This document shows, one piece after another, positions 19,443 through 30,539 of a DNA stretch of 64,000 nt. Below the pieces are notes generated by a model. The model did not search any database, was not told the DNA's origin, and saw only the letters and a program-made list of their open reading frames with translations. Source of the stretch: Nitrospirota bacterium (lineage in GTDB: Bacteria > Nitrospirota > UBA9217); contig CAVTRN010000002.1 in assembly GCA_963737155.1 (NCBI GenBank), positions 2,560,001 through 2,624,000 of the forward strand, read 5' to 3'. Within the stretch, counting starts at the first letter, position 1; each line of letters starts with the position of its first letter. Position numbers and translations under genes: made by a program.

Positions 19443-20345
19443 CTAGATATTTATTTTTTTAATTTTCAGCCTTTTCAAATCCATCTGCCCCAGCCCCATT
19501 TTGTGGCCAAGTTTAACATAACCGAGGTCGCTTCCCTGCATGCCGAAGAGCGTGGCTCCATAAGAATCTATCGCGATCTGGTCTATCCCGACGATGACCG
19601 TATCGAGTTTTTTCACGTCAGCAAGACTTCCTCCCTGCGGACCATTAGCAGTGAGAATGCGCACGGCATCGAGGATAGTTAGTGTCGGTTTGACTTTGGC
19701 TGAAAGATCCACGAGGCTCGCATCAAGCTTCTGATGAATCTGACGCCGCATGCCGCCCATGATTCCCATCCAGTTCTTCATGGACAGCGTAAGTTTTGCA
19801 AGTCCATGATGCTTCGCGATCGGGATATTAATTACTTTGTCCGCTTCAAATATTTCCGTGTAAAGTGGCCAAGACTTAAGTGTTTCACCTTTTATGTCCA
19901 TGTCCCTAAATTTCCGTTCATCCACGTAGCCCACGTCGGCACCCAGGGCTCCTGCTGCGGGCGCTATGCCGCTCTGGATATAGCAGCGCCGAGGATCATT
20001 CACAGGCCGGTCGAAGACCCGAACTTTTTTGGCGCCTGCTTCAAAGCACAGTTTGACCACTGTTGCGACCACTTCCGGGTTAGTATCCCCCGCCTGTTCA
20101 GGCGTCCTATCCCATCCGATGTTCGGTTTGATCACCACAACATCGCCGCGGGATATAAACTTTCCGATCCCGCCCATGGCATCGATTGCTGCTTTCACAA
20201 TCCTTTCGGGTGAATCACCATGTACCACAGCAAGATCAAGGGGCGCTGCTGCCTCAGCAGCCCCCGCGATCAGGTCCAGACCAGCAGGCAGGGTCACTCC
20301 AATGCCAGTTAATGCAGACAGTTTCATGAATGTTCGCCGATCCAT
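19443..20345 (-). CDS. Tat-exported DUF362 protein
   Basis: MDRRTFMK Tat signal; VVIKPNIGW, TNPEVV, INIPIAKHH, TLSMKN and DQIAID motifs. Confidence 0.9.
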   Translation of the reverse strand: MDRRTFMKLSALTGIGVTLPAGLDLIAGAAEAAAPLDLAVVHGDSPERIVKAAIDAMGGIGKFISRGDVVVIKPNIGWDRTPEQAGDTNPEVVATVVKLCFEAGAKKVRVFDRPVNDPRRCYIQSGIAPAAGALGADVGYVDERKFRDMDIKGETLKSWPLYTEIFEADKVINIPIAKHHGLAKLTLSMKNWMGIMGGMRRQIHQKLDASLVDLSAKVKPTLTILDAVRILTANGPQGGSLADVKKLDTVIVGIDQIAIDSYGATLFGMQGSDLGYVKLGHKMGLGQMDLKRLKIKKINI

Positions 20346-20384
20346 ATGCCCCCCGCAAAAACGCTTTTTGAAGATACTCCAATC

Positions 20385-20630
20385 CTATCTGAACTTACCG
20401 ATAATATAGAGAATAAGACTAATGAGGAGGCTGAGAATGATGCACAGTCCCAAGGGAAAGTAGAATGTAAAGTTTTCCCGTTTAATAAGGATATCGCCGG
20501 GAAGCTTTCCAGGAAAAGAATATTTCTGGGAACCGAGCAGCACCAGGCCGATTACAATCAAAGCCGCCCCGAGGAAAATTAATGATTTCGCCATTTCTCC
20601 CATAGTCAGAAAAATCACCATTCCGCACAA
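20385..20630 (-). CDS. DUF2905-family small membrane protein
   Basis: GKLPGDI...FTFYFPLG..IILSLLISL motif. True start is probably a downstream Met. Confidence 0.88.
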   Translation of the reverse strand: MCGMVIFLTMGEMAKSLIFLGAALIVIGLVLLGSQKYSFPGKLPGDILIKRENFTFYFPLGLCIILSLLISLILYIIGKFR

Positions 20631-20681
20631 GCGGGAATGACGTCAAAAATAGAAAACATCCTCGTGCAAGTCTATTATGTT

Positions 20682-21524
20682 TTACCCAGTGAAAAAATCG
20701 AGGATTTTACCCACGGTTGCACGCAATTCCCGGCGCGGAACGATCATATCAATCATGCCATGCTCCATAAGGAATTCAGCCCGCTGAAATCCCTGGGGAA
20801 GCTGCTGTTTGATCGTTTGTTCTATAACGCGAGGGCCAGCAAAACCGATGAGACTTTTGGGTTCGGCAATAATGATGTCGCCGAGCATGGCGAAACTTGC
20901 GGTAACTCCGCCAAAGGTGGGATCGGTCAGCACCGAGATGAAGGGAAGCCCTGCCTCGCCAAGCCGTGCCACCGCAGCCGAAGTCTTGGCCATCTGCATG
21001 AGGGAGAGGATGCCTTCCTGCATCCGTGCGCCACCGGAAGAGGCAACCGACACAAAGGGGGTCTTTTTTTCTATCGCCCGTTCAACGGCCCGCGCTATCT
21101 TCTCACCTACAACAGACCCCATGCTGCCGCCCATGAAGTTAAAGTCCATGATAACTACCGATACCGGCTTGCCCCCGATCCTTGCCTCGCCCGATATGAT
21201 CGCGTCCTTGAGCCCCGTCTTCTTGCGACTGCTCTTGAGTTTGTCCTTATAATCCTTGAATGACAAGAAATCCTTGGGCGACAGACCGTCTTCCACCTCA
21301 AGAAAGCTGCCTTCGTCCACGAGAAAAGGCAGCCGCTCGGACGCGGAAATACGGAAGTGGTAGTCGCATTTGGGACAAACCTTGAAATTTTTGTCCACTT
21401 CCTTGCGGTAAATAATTTCCTTGCAGTTGTCGCACTTGATCCAAAGCCCCTCGGGAATCTTAACTTTTTTTGCGGGCGCTTTCGGCGTTGCGCTCTCTGG
21501 TCGTTCTTTCTTAAACCAGGCCAT
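20682..21524 (-). CDS. accD: Acetyl-CoA carboxylase carboxyltransferase beta subunit
   Basis: GLWIKC..C zinc finger, [16 protein letters not shown] and [12 protein letters not shown] motifs. Confidence 0.97.
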   Translation of the reverse strand: MAWFKKERPESATPKAPAKKVKIPEGLWIKCDNCKEIIYRKEVDKNFKVCPKCDYHFRISASERLPFLVDEGSFLEVEDGLSPKDFLSFKDYKDKLKSSRKKTGLKDAIISGEARIGGKPVSVVIMDFNFMGGSMGSVVGEKIARAVERAIEKKTPFVSVASSGGARMQEGILSLMQMAKTSAAVARLGEAGLPFISVLTDPTFGGVTASFAMLGDIIIAEPKSLIGFAGPRVIEQTIKQQLPQGFQRAEFLMEHGMIDMIVPRRELRATVGKILDFFTG

Positions 21525-21859
21525 CCTTCTCCTTTAAACTGACTACTTTGAACTATGTTCTTTCACCTCTGAACCTGTTCAGAAGTTATACGTCTCCCCT
21601 TCTGCAGCACTTTCACGCTTTTCCGTACCATGCTCACCAGTTCGCCGATCACTTTCTTTCCATGTACCCGTTTGATATGGTCGACGTAAACTGGCATATC
21701 CTGTCGACTTTTGCTAGTGCGATATGGTCATGGAGTTGCGCTGGCGTAAAATAGGCAATCCCGTCGAAACTGTTTGGGAACGATGTATCGACGATGATCG
21801 CCGGAAAGGCCTCTGGCCTTCGTTGATTTCTTCCAGAGCTTCTCCGTTCGAACCCGCAT

Positions 21860-22130
21860 CGGCATACACCACCGGCTTCTCTTTTCCCCCGGCGCTCACG
21901 GAGTCAAGCTCTATAGCAAAAAAGACATTCTTGACTTTTTCATATGCGCATTGAGATATGATGATATGATTATTATACTTCCTTGTCAAGCCTTTCAGGC
22001 GCACTTGTCAGGCGCGCGCCTCGGTCGATGTTGTCTCCAATCACAGTGTAATCCATCTTTTCACTCTCAGATCCCATTGTTGTCCACGACCATGTCGCCG
22101 GTGTTGATCCCGATGTCGATGACTAGTGTA
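21860..22130 (-). pseudogene. Class III adenylate/guanylate cyclase C-terminal relic
   Basis: Frameshifted pieces IDIGINTGDMVV, MGSE..MDYTVIGDN..GARL and GLTRKYNNHIIIS...GKEKPVVY. Confidence 0.8.
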
Positions 22131-22457
22131 GCGACGGTCTTCTCAATGCCGCGGATACTCTTGTTTATCTAGACCATTCCTGAAATCATTGTATTTTATA
22201 TCCAGATAATATGACGGCATCCGAATAGTGCTGATGCCGGTTAAAGTCAGGACTCAGCCTCTGATTCATGAAAGAGCACAGTATTCGGGGAAATTTTTTT
22301 CCAAACCGTGAACACAGCTGATTCTGAATGTCGTCCCTGCAATCCCCCTTCTCTACAGGTGTTTTTTCTAATGCCGCGCTGTCCGCATAGTTGTCACGAA
22401 AAAGCAGGGCTGGTACCAGTAGCCGGAAAACTTCTTCAGCAGTCGTTGTCCACAAAG

Positions 22458-23270
22458 CTATTCGCCTCGTCCGGCAAGCACCCCCTGCTTGAGCACCTTA
22501 ACGAACGACACAGCCCGACTGACAAGCTCGGGCGAATTGATGTTCTCTTCGATTACCTTGATGAGTGCACTGCCCACAATGACACCATCAGCCCCCCACC
22601 GCGCGATCTGCGATGCCTGATCCGGCGAAGATATGCCGAATCCGACGGCTATCGGCTTGTTTGAGACAGCCTTGATCCTCATAAGTGAGCCCTCGATAGA
22701 ACCCTGGATGCCGGTGCGGGCACCGGTCACACCGGTGAGCGATACATAATATATAAAACCCTGGCCGACTCTGCAGACGAGCTTGATCCGTTCTTCGGTG
22801 CTCGTGGGTGCAAGCAGAAAAATCAGGTCCAGCCCTGCCTTCTTTGCAAGAGGAATCAACGTGCCTGCCTCTTCAGGTGGAAGATCGGGCAGAATGATGC
22901 CATCCAGGCCTGCTGCCGTAGCATCGTTCACAAACCGCTCCTCTCCGTAGTGAAAGATCAAGTTGTAGTAGGTCATGACAATGAGCGGTATTTTACTGGT
23001 CTTCCGCACTGTGGCTACTAGACCCAGTACATCGTCGATGTTCGTATGATTCCTCAGTGAACGAATTGCAGCCTTCTGAATGGTCGGACCGTCCGCTAAA
23101 GGATCGGAAAAAGGTGCACCGAGTTCGATTATATCACAGCCCGCTTGTTCCATTTCGAGTATTAGTGTATGTGTCGTCCCAATGTCTGGATCCCCGGCCA
23201 TGATGTAGGGAATAAGCGCCACCTCATTTTTTTTCTTCAGTCTGCTGAAGGTATTCTTTATCCGCGACAT
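22458..23270 (-). CDS. trpA: Tryptophan synthase alpha chain
   Basis: PFSDPLADGPTIQ, YVSLTGVTG and DGVIVGSA motifs. Confidence 0.98.
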   Translation of the reverse strand: MSRIKNTFSRLKKKNEVALIPYIMAGDPDIGTTHTLILEMEQAGCDIIELGAPFSDPLADGPTIQKAAIRSLRNHTNIDDVLGLVATVRKTSKIPLIVMTYYNLIFHYGEERFVNDATAAGLDGIILPDLPPEEAGTLIPLAKKAGLDLIFLLAPTSTEERIKLVCRVGQGFIYYVSLTGVTGARTGIQGSIEGSLMRIKAVSNKPIAVGFGISSPDQASQIARWGADGVIVGSALIKVIEENINSPELVSRAVSFVKVLKQGVLAGRGE

Positions 23271-23313
23271 ATGCCCCGCTTTAATTAGTGAATTTTAATC
23301 AGTTCCTTATTGC

Positions 23314-24504
23314 CTACAACTCCACTCCCTTGATCTTCGCCACCTGCATGACGTCCTTGTCGCCGCGGCCCGAAAGGTTCACGATAACCACCTTGTCCCT
23401 ACCGAGTGTCGGAGCCAGTTTCAGGCAATAAGCGACTGCATGCGCACTCTCGAGCGCCGGGATGATGCCTTCGAGGCGGGACAAGAGATCGAATGCCTCC
23501 ATGGCCTCCTCATCAATTGCATAGGTGTACTCGATGCGCCCGGTATCGTGATACATCGCATGTTCAGGGCCGACAGCGGCATAATCGAGGCCTGCGGAAA
23601 CAGAATGTGTCATCTCAATCTGCCCCTGTTCGTCCTGAAGCACGAAGGTCTTGCATCCCTGCAGCACACCGAGGGAACCGCCGGCAAAGCGCGCCGCGTG
23701 TTTCCCCCGCTCGATGCCCAGGCCGCCCGCCTCAATGCCGTACATCCTGACAGAGTCATCGTGGAGGAACTCGTAAAACAGGCCCATGGCATTCGACCCA
23801 CCGCCGACGCAGGCAATAAGAGCATCCGGGAGTTTTCCTTCGAATTTTATAATTTGCTTCTTTGCCTCGCGGCCGATGACAGACTGAAAATCCCGCACCA
23901 TCATCGGAAACGGATGGGGGCCGAAGACGGTGCCGAGCACGTAATGCGTGTTCACCACGTTGGTGATCCAATCACGCATCGCTTCATTGATCGCATCCTT
24001 GAGCGTTTTACTGCCGATATCAACAGGATTCACTGTAGTGCCCAGAAGCTTCATACGGAAAACGTTCAATGACTGGCGCGCCACGTCGTTGGTACCCATG
24101 TACACATCACAATCAAGCCCGAACATGGCTGCTGCTGTAGCCGTGGCAACTCCGTGCTGGCCCGCGCCCGTCTCGGCCACCACGCGGGTTTTGCCCATGC
24201 GTTTCGCAAGAAGAGTCTGTGCCAGCGAGTTGTTAATCTTGTGCGCGCCTGTATGACAGAGATCCTCGCGCTTGAGATATATCCGCGCACCGCCAAGATG
24301 CTCCGTTAGCCGTTTCGCACAATAAAGCGGCGTCGGACGACCGATGAATTCGCGGGAATAAAACTCGAGCTCGGCCTGAAATTCTTTGTCCTTCTTCGCC
24401 GCAAGATAGGCGTCTTCAAGTTCAATCAGCGCCGGCATGAGTGTTTCAGGCGCAAACTTGCCACCGTAAATGCCAAAGTGTCCTTTTTTATTCGGAAAGA
24501 TCAT
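23314..24504 (-). CDS. trpB: Tryptophan synthase beta chain
   Basis: [25 protein letters not shown] and GGGSNAMG motifs. Confidence 0.98.
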   Translation of the reverse strand: MIFPNKKGHFGIYGGKFAPETLMPALIELEDAYLAAKKDKEFQAELEFYSREFIGRPTPLYCAKRLTEHLGGARIYLKREDLCHTGAHKINNSLAQTLLAKRMGKTRVVAETGAGQHGVATATAAAMFGLDCDVYMGTNDVARQSLNVFRMKLLGTTVNPVDIGSKTLKDAINEAMRDWITNVVNTHYVLGTVFGPHPFPMMVRDFQSVIGREAKKQIIKFEGKLPDALIACVGGGSNAMGLFYEFLHDDSVRMYGIEAGGLGIERGKHAARFAGGSLGVLQGCKTFVLQDEQGQIEMTHSVSAGLDYAAVGPEHAMYHDTGRIEYTYAIDEEAMEAFDLLSRLEGIIPALESAHAVAYCLKLAPTLGRDKVVIVNLSGRGDKDVMQVAKIKGVEL

Positions 24505-25121
24505 TGCCGTGCAGCCCTCCGGACCTCTGTGATAAACTTCTTGATCTTAGCATGATCTTTTATCCCTTTCTCCTTTTCCACTCCACCTGTGACATCAACT
24601 CCGTAAGGCTGCACAAGTTTCACCGCTTCGGCCACATTTTCGGGCGTGAGCCCACCGGCAAGGATCACTTTGCCGAACGTCTTGGCAACCACTGCTAGAT
24701 GCCAGTCAAACGTGACCCCGGTCCCGCCGCGCACGCCATCGCGGTAGCTATCGAGCAGAAACGCACCCACGTGATAATGGGCCATATTCTTGAGGCTTTC
24801 CTTATCCTTTATCTGGAATGCCTTGATGACCCGTGCACCGAACCGCTGGCAAAACTCGGGGCTTTCATCACCGTGGAACTGAAGCGCCTGTAGACAGGCC
24901 AGTTGCTGGATCTCCCGGATTTTCTCTTCGCGCTCGTTCACAAAAATACCGACGGGCATAACGAAGGGAGGCAGCTGGCCAATGATCTCCGCCGCCTTCT
25001 CGGGCTCGATACAGCGCGGACTTTTTTTGTAAAAGTTAAACCCCAGCGCATCGACGCCGGCATCAGCCGAAGCGATCGCGTCTTCAAGATTGGTAATGCC
25101 GCAGATTTTGATTTTAATCAT
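24501..25121 (-). CDS. trpF: Phosphoribosylanthranilate isomerase
   Basis: KICGIT, QFHGDE, GGTG and LAGGL motifs. Confidence 0.97.
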   Translation of the reverse strand: MIKIKICGITNLEDAIASADAGVDALGFNFYKKSPRCIEPEKAAEIIGQLPPFVMPVGIFVNEREEKIREIQQLACLQALQFHGDESPEFCQRFGARVIKAFQIKDKESLKNMAHYHVGAFLLDSYRDGVRGGTGVTFDWHLAVVAKTFGKVILAGGLTPENVAEAVKLVQPYGVDVTGGVEKEKGIKDHAKIKKFITEVRRAARQ

Positions 25122-25249
25122 AGCGCCCTCATATCAGGTTCACCTGTCGAAATCAGATATTGAATCAATTTATAAAACCATATGGACAATACTGCGACCT
25201 TCCCTTTTGTCAATTCCCTGAATTTCGCGTTTTGTAATCCTTTTTTCCT

Positions 25250-26029
25250 TCAACTCTTTCCTAACAGTTCCTTTATTTTTCCCCCGATGTCTTTTTCCCG
25301 CATCAGGCTCTCACCAACGAGAATCGCATCCACACCCGCGTTTTCGAGCATAATCACGTCGTCACGGGTTTTGATGCCACTCTCGCTCACGACGATCCGG
25401 TCGTCAGGTATGTCCTTCAAAAGATCAAGCGTCGTCTGAAGGCTCACGTTAAAAGTCGCGAGATCGCGATTGTTTACCCCCACAAGCCTCGCTCCCGCGA
25501 GAAGCGACCTGTCCAGTTCCTTATACGTATGGGACTCTACCAGGACATCGAGCCCTTGTCCGCCAGCGATTCCGAGAAAGTCGACCATCTGCTGTTTTTC
25601 AAGACAGGCAGCAATCAGCAGAATCGCATCAGAGCCTGCGACCCGCGCTTCAAAGATCTGGTACTCGTCGATAATAAAATCCTTGCGAAGAAGCGGCAAT
25701 CTCACGGTTTTCCGTATCATGCTGAGGTATTCCAGATCACCCTGAAAAAACTTCTTTTCAGTGATCACGGAGAGGCATGATGCTCCCGACTCTTCGTATG
25801 TGTGTGCGATCTTGACCGGTTCGAAGTCCTCGCGGATAACACCCTTCGAGGGTGAGGCCTTCTTTACTTCCGCGATAAGACGAATCCCCGATCCCGCAGA
25901 AAGAGCCTTTCCAAAACCTCTCGACGGCCCGGTATCGGCTGCCCGCGCTTTTATATCGGATAAGGAGAATCGACGCTTTGTTGCCGCGAGTTCCTCTTCC
26001 TTGTTGGCAATGATGTCATCTAAAATCAT
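25250..26029 (-). CDS. trpC: Indole-3-glycerol-phosphate synthase
   Basis: IAEVKKASPSKG, LRKDFI, GVNNRDL and SESGI motifs. Confidence 0.97.
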   Translation of the reverse strand: MILDDIIANKEEELAATKRRFSLSDIKARAADTGPSRGFGKALSAGSGIRLIAEVKKASPSKGVIREDFEPVKIAHTYEESGASCLSVITEKKFFQGDLEYLSMIRKTVRLPLLRKDFIIDEYQIFEARVAGSDAILLIAACLEKQQMVDFLGIAGGQGLDVLVESHTYKELDRSLLAGARLVGVNNRDLATFNVSLQTTLDLLKDIPDDRIVVSESGIKTRDDVIMLENAGVDAILVGESLMREKDIGGKIKELLGKS

Positions 26030-26074
26030 AAAGAAGATTTCGCAGTGCCGTTTCTTGCAACTCGCCTCCTGACC

Positions 26075-27088
26075 CTAAGGCTTGTTCGTGAATTCTTTCA
26101 TCTGTTCCAGCTTACCGAATGCGGCTCCTGAATCTATCGATTCTGAAGCAATCCCGATTCCTTCTTTTAAATTACAGGCCTTGCCCGATGCGGCAAGACC
26201 GGCTGCGGCATTCAGCAGCACGATATCTCGATGAAAACCTTTTTCCCCCTTCAGCACATCCACGGTTATCACCGCGTTATCCTTCGCATCCCCGCCCTTC
26301 AAATCATCCTTCGTCGCTGTTGCCATACTGAAATCCGACGGATGGATGTAATAGTCCTTTACCGTTCCGGCCGCGAACTCCGCTATTTTGGTCCTATCGG
26401 TGTTGGTGATCTCATCGAGGCCATCCATGCCATGCACCACAAAAGCATGATGGGCTCCGAGTTTTCCCAGGGACTGGGCAAGAGGCACCGTCATCTCCGC
26501 TGCATAAACACCCATGATCTGCGAGGTCACTTTTGCGGGATTAGTAAGCGGGCCTAGGACGTTGAAAATGGTCCGGATGCCGATTTCCCGCCGCGGTCCA
26601 ATGGCGAATTTCATTGCCTGGTGCATCAGTGGCGCGAACAGGAAGGCAATGCCCGTTTCTTTCAAGCATTCTTCAACACGGTGCGAAGGAATCTCGATAT
26701 TGATGCCGAGCGCCTGAAGCACGTCAGCGCTGCCGCTCTTACTCGAAACCGACCGGTTGCCGTGCTTTGCCACGGTCACTCCCGCACCGGCGACAACAAA
26801 GGCCACCGTGGTGGATATATTGAAGGTATGAGCCATATCTCCACCAGTGCCGCAGGTGTCTACCTGATACTTCGCATCGAGCTTGATTGGCACGGCCTTC
26901 TCGCGCATCGCCCTCGCCGAGCCGGTTATCTCGTCAACGGTCTCGCCCTTGATCCGCAAAGCGGTGATATATGCCGCAATCTGGGCTTCAGTCGCCTCAC
27001 CCTGCATAATCTCGCGCATCACCGTCTCAGCCTCGGCTTCGTCGAGGTTTATCCGAGCGACTACTTTAGCGATTGCATCTTTGATCAC
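26075..27088 (-). CDS. trpD: Anthranilate phosphoribosyltransferase
   Basis: DTCGTGGD, FNIST and KHGNRSVSSKSGSAD motifs. GTG start at 27088 with GAGAGGA RBS. Confidence 0.97.
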   Translation of the reverse strand: MIKDAIAKVVARINLDEAEAETVMREIMQGEATEAQIAAYITALRIKGETVDEITGSARAMREKAVPIKLDAKYQVDTCGTGGDMAHTFNISTTVAFVVAGAGVTVAKHGNRSVSSKSGSADVLQALGINIEIPSHRVEECLKETGIAFLFAPLMHQAMKFAIGPRREIGIRTIFNVLGPLTNPAKVTSQIMGVYAAEMTVPLAQSLGKLGAHHAFVVHGMDGLDEITNTDRTKIAEFAAGTVKDYYIHPSDFSMATATKDDLKGGDAKDNAVITVDVLKGEKGFHRDIVLLNAAAGLAASGKACNLKEGIGIASESIDSGAAFGKLEQMKEFTNKP

Positions 27089-27252
27089 AGGATCCTCTCG
27101 GACAGCACATTTACCGGGAAGAACAATTAAAACCACGGGAGCTTGACTCGCCTAGGCTTCGCCTCACGGATAACTGCATTGTCTTAGTTTTAAAACATTG
27201 AATCATGCCTTTTTACATCAGAACCCCATCCATGACAAACCGTGGTTAATCA

Positions 27253-27816
27253 TTACAGCTCCAAAAAATTCCGAAGCAAATCCTTCCCCACTCCCGTCAA
27301 GATCGATTCGGGATGGAACTGCACACCCTCTAGCTTGTATTGCTTGTGACGGACGCCCATTACTACACCGTCGTCGGTCCAGGCAGATATTTCGAGGACT
27401 GCAGGCATAGTCTCCCGCTTGATAATTAGCGAGTGGTACCTCGTGGCTTCGAAGGGGTTTGGAAGACCTGCGAAGATGGTCCTGCCATCGTGATGGATCA
27501 TCGACGTCTTGCCGTGCATAAGATAAGGCGCGCGAATAACGTCCCCGCCAAAAGCGTCACCAATGGATTGATGCCCCAGACAGACTCCAAGAATCGGCAT
27601 TTTCCCGGAAAAATGCCTGATCACGTCGATTGAAATCCCCGCCTCTTTCGGCGTACACGGTCCCGGAGAAATCACGATGCGATCGGGCTCCATGTTCTCG
27701 ATCTCGGCGATCGTGATTTTGTTATTCCGGTATACCCTTAGGTCCTGACCCAGTTCTCCAAAGTACTGAACCAGGTTATAAGTGAAGGAATCATAATTAT
27801 CGATCATTAATAACAT
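27253..27816 (-). CDS. trpG: Anthranilate synthase component II (glutamine amidotransferase)
   Basis: [18 protein letters not shown] and QFHPES motifs. Confidence 0.96.
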   Translation of the reverse strand: MLLMIDNYDSFTYNLVQYFGELGQDLRVYRNNKITIAEIENMEPDRIVISPGPCTPKEAGISIDVIRHFSGKMPILGVCLGHQSIGDAFGGDVIRAPYLMHGKTSMIHHDGRTIFAGLPNPFEATRYHSLIIKRETMPAVLEISAWTDDGVVMGVRHKQYKLEGVQFHPESILTGVGKDLLRNFLEL

Positions 27817-27937
27817 GAGAACCTCTATTCCTCTAAATCCGTTCAAAGTTCAGGTTTCACAGTCCAGAGTAAAAAAAATCAAACCAGTGCTGGTATTTCC
27901 CTTTTTCTGCCCTTCACTCTGAACTCTGAACTGTCGT

Positions 27938-29419
27938 TTAATCCAGCCCCTTCTCCGCCATCTCCACGGCGCGCATCATGGCTTTAGCCTTGTTCACGGT
28001 TTCTTGGTACTCAGCGGCAGGATCGCTGTCCGCGACCACGCCACCGCCGGCCTGAATGTAGGCTATGTTGTTTTTGATCACGAGCGTCCGTATGGTGATA
28101 CAGGTATCCATGTTTCCAGAAAATCCGAAATATCCGATGGCGCCGGCGTAAGGCCCACGCTTCGTGGGCTCCAGTTCATCTATGATTTGCATGGCTCTGA
28201 TCTTCGGAGCGCCTGATACCGTGCCAGCGGGAAAGCATGCCCGGATGACATCATAGGCGTCGTTTTCCGCAGATAATCTGCCGCGCACATTCGATACAAT
28301 GTGCATGACATGAGAGTAGCGCTCAATTACCATAAGCTCGCTTACATTCACGCTTCCCGGCTCGCTCACCCTTCCAACGTCGTTCCGTCCAAGATCCACG
28401 AGCATGATGTGCTCAGCCCGCTCCTTGGGGTCCGCGAGAAGCTCCCTGGCAAGCGCCTCGTCCTCTTCCTCGTCAGCCCCGCGATGCCGCGTACCCGCTA
28501 TGGGGCGGAGATCTATCCGGCTTCCTTCGAGCCTGACCATCACCTCAGGGGAGGCTCCGACAACAGTTGTATCACCGCACCGGAGAAAATACATATACGG
28601 CGACGGATTGATTAGACGGAGGGCGCGATAAATCTCATATGGTTCAACTGAAATCTTTGTTTGGAATCGCTGGGACGGAACAACCTGGAAAATATCACCA
28701 GCCTTGATATATTCTTTTGCCTTGAGCACAGCCTGTTCATACTGCGGCTGGGTAAAGTTTGACGTCAGTGAACACTCCTTCGATTTTCCCTTGCCCTTTG
28801 ACACCTGGCCCTTGACCCCGGCTTTCAGCTTCCTAACCAGGCTGTTGATCTTCTTTACGGCTTCCCGGTAGGCGGCCTCGACAGATATTCCCTTGATGTG
28901 GGCGTTCGACACCACCTTGATCATATGGGTCACATTGTCGAAAACCACGAGCGTGTCGGTAATCATGAAGAAAATGTCGGGAGTACCCAAATCCACTTTT
29001 TCCCGCTCGGGCAGTTCTTCAAAAAAGCGGACAACGTCATAGCCCATGAATCCAACGGCTCCACCGAAAAACCGCGGTAGCGATGGATCGGGAACTGGTC
29101 TGTATTCGGACAGGACCTTTTTGATCACAGTGAGGGGATCCCGTTCAAACACTAGCTTTGCGGTCTTGCCGCCCTGAACGATCTCTGCCTTTCGGCCGAA
29201 GGTTCTGACAATGACCGAGGGTCTACTCCCCAGAAAGGAATAACGGGCCCATTTTTCGTTGCCTTCCATACTTTCAAGCAGGAAGGAATGCCGTCCGTCG
29301 TCGATCTTTTGGAATGCCGATACGGGCGTTTCCCGGTCCGCCAGTATCTCGCGGTATACGGGAATCAGGTTACCTTTTTTTGCTCTTAATTTGAATTCTT
29401 CCAGAGAAGGCTGGAACAT
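27938..29419 (-). CDS. trpE: Anthranilate synthase component I
   Basis: FLLES, NPSPYM, AEHIMLVDLGRND and GTVSGAPK motifs. Confidence 0.96.
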   Translation of the reverse strand: MFQPSLEEFKLRAKKGNLIPVYREILADRETPVSAFQKIDDGRHSFLLESMEGNEKWARYSFLGSRPSVIVRTFGRKAEIVQGGKTAKLVFERDPLTVIKKVLSEYRPVPDPSLPRFFGGAVGFMGYDVVRFFEELPEREKVDLGTPDIFFMITDTLVVFDNVTHMIKVVSNAHIKGISVEAAYREAVKKINSLVRKLKAGVKGQVSKGKGKSKECSLTSNFTQPQYEQAVLKAKEYIKAGDIFQVVPSQRFQTKISVEPYEIYRALRLINPSPYMYFLRCGDTTVVGASPEVMVRLEGSRIDLRPIAGTRHRGADEEEDEALARELLADPKERAEHIMLVDLGRNDVGRVSEPGSVNVSELMVIERYSHVMHIVSNVRGRLSAENDAYDVIRACFPAGTVSGAPKIRAMQIIDELEPTKRGPYAGAIGYFGFSGNMDTCITIRTLVIKNNIAYIQAGGGVVADSDPAAEYQETVNKAKAMMRAVEMAEKGLD

Positions 29420-29449
29420 AAAACTCCTTGCAAAATAAGCGATTTACGT

Positions 29450-29479
29450 ACTATACCAGATAATTTCCAGAAGTGTCAA
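29450..29479 (-). promoter_or_regulatory. Sigma70-type promoter of the trp operon
   Basis: Minus strand reads TTGACA, then an 18-nt spacer ending in TGG, then TATAGT (extended -10), about 30 bp upstream of trpE. Confidence 0.55.
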
Positions 29480-29510
29480 TCAGAAAGACTTGCAGGTGCC
29501 TTCGTGTTTA

Positions 29511-29584
29511 GTGGGTAGAATGGCCATGTCACCACATCGACCCCCCGTTGTCACCGGACTTGCAGTTTTCCCGCATCCGACGGC
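29511..29584 (-). mobile_element. Group II intron 3' relic (domains V and VI)
   Basis: Minus strand GCCGTCGGATGCGGGAAAACTGCAAGTCCGGTGAC folds as D5 (GCGG/CUGC upper stem, AA bulge), followed by GGGGGG...TTCTACCCAC resembling D6 and the 3' splice end. Confidence 0.7.
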
Positions 29585-29689
29585 CCAAGTAATCGCCTCG
29601 ATTTAAGGAACGGATCTGCAAGTCCTACTTATTGTTTTGTTCCCAATACCGCTATCATATTACAGTTGCGGATCGCTTTTACTTGGAAC

Positions 29690-29788
29690 ATATCCCTGTT
29701 CGCATGCGACATACGATCACTTGCCAGTGTATATGCCGGGATAGAGGGTCAACCGGTCGCCAATAGTTACATTATCGCCAATAACGGC
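29690..29788 (-). pseudogene. Hexapeptide-repeat acyltransferase (lpxD-like) fragment
   Basis: Minus-strand AVIGDNVTIGDRLTLYPGIYTGK* is a left-handed beta-helix repeat, truncated next to the IS200 end. Confidence 0.45.
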
Positions 29789-29805
29789 AAAGGAGGAGTA
29801 AATAA

Positions 29806-30329
29806 CCCCGCAGCAAGCTGCGAGGCATTTTGACTAGAATCTAAAACCTATTTGCTCATCATGCTGATACCGAATATAGTTTCTAATCACTTCCGCCGTT
29901 ATTTTGTCGCCAACCGAACGGACAAAGTAACCATCGTTCCACAGTTCCCCTCCCCAGAGCTTTTTCTTTATCTCCGGGAACTCTTGGAACATTATTCTGG
30001 CGGAGATACTTTTAATCATTTGTACTACCTTCGCAGGCGCATACTTCGGAGGAACAACCAAAAACAAGTGTACATGGTCATCCATGACTTCCATCGTATC
30101 TATTTCCAAATCGTACTGTTCAGCTATCTCACGAAAGATTTCTTTCAATCGTTTCGTCATGCGATCGTCGAACAGTTTTTTACAATATTTCGGTATCCAT
30201 ACGAAATGTTACTTGAGATCATAGACACAATGTCTGCTTCTTCTCAATGGGCTCATGGCCCGTATTGTATCAGAAAATCATCCTGACTTCGTCAGGATAT
30301 CCTTTTCATCCCAGCAGCAAGCTGCTGGG
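29806..30329 (-). mobile_element. IS200-family element with subterminal hairpins
   Basis: Hairpins CCCCGCAGCAAGCTGCGAGG (29806-29825) and CCCAGCAGCAAGCTGCTGGG (30310-30329) around tnpA. Confidence 0.88.
29834..30256 (-). pseudogene. tnpA: IS200 Y1 HUH transposase with a premature stop
   Basis: MSPLRRSRHCVYDLK*HFVWIPKY with TAA at 30209-30211, then DHVHLF, LWNDGYF and IRNYIRYQ. Confidence 0.88.
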
Positions 30330-30539
30330 TATTCAAGGATGTTTTTTATAAAATGTTCGATTCCGATAACCGAGGCTGCCCAGTGATTGATTTATAGCTT
30401 CTACCAATCGGTTTGGGAAGGGCTTTACATGAAGCAACTCGATTGCCTGCGCAAAGACAATCCGCATATTTTTCACCTCAAACAGGGGCAGTCGAAGTTT
30501 GGGAATGTCCGCGGGCGCAAATGCAGCCGATGCACCCGC

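Noticed and set aside
27840-27935. Short 7-mer-like repeats (TCTGAAC, GTTCAAA) between trp genes
   Set aside because: Only two or three imperfect units, consistent with ordinary intergenic hairpin or filler sequence.
29420-29480. trp attenuator, leader peptide or T-box
   Set aside because: The predicted promoter is only about 30 bp from the trpE ATG; no Trp-codon leader or T-box motif was seen.
30209-30211. Programmed readthrough or recoding in IS200 tnpA
   Set aside because: The stop is TAA at a conserved Tyr position, a single-base change from TAC or TAT. Simple inactivation or a sequencing error is more parsimonious.
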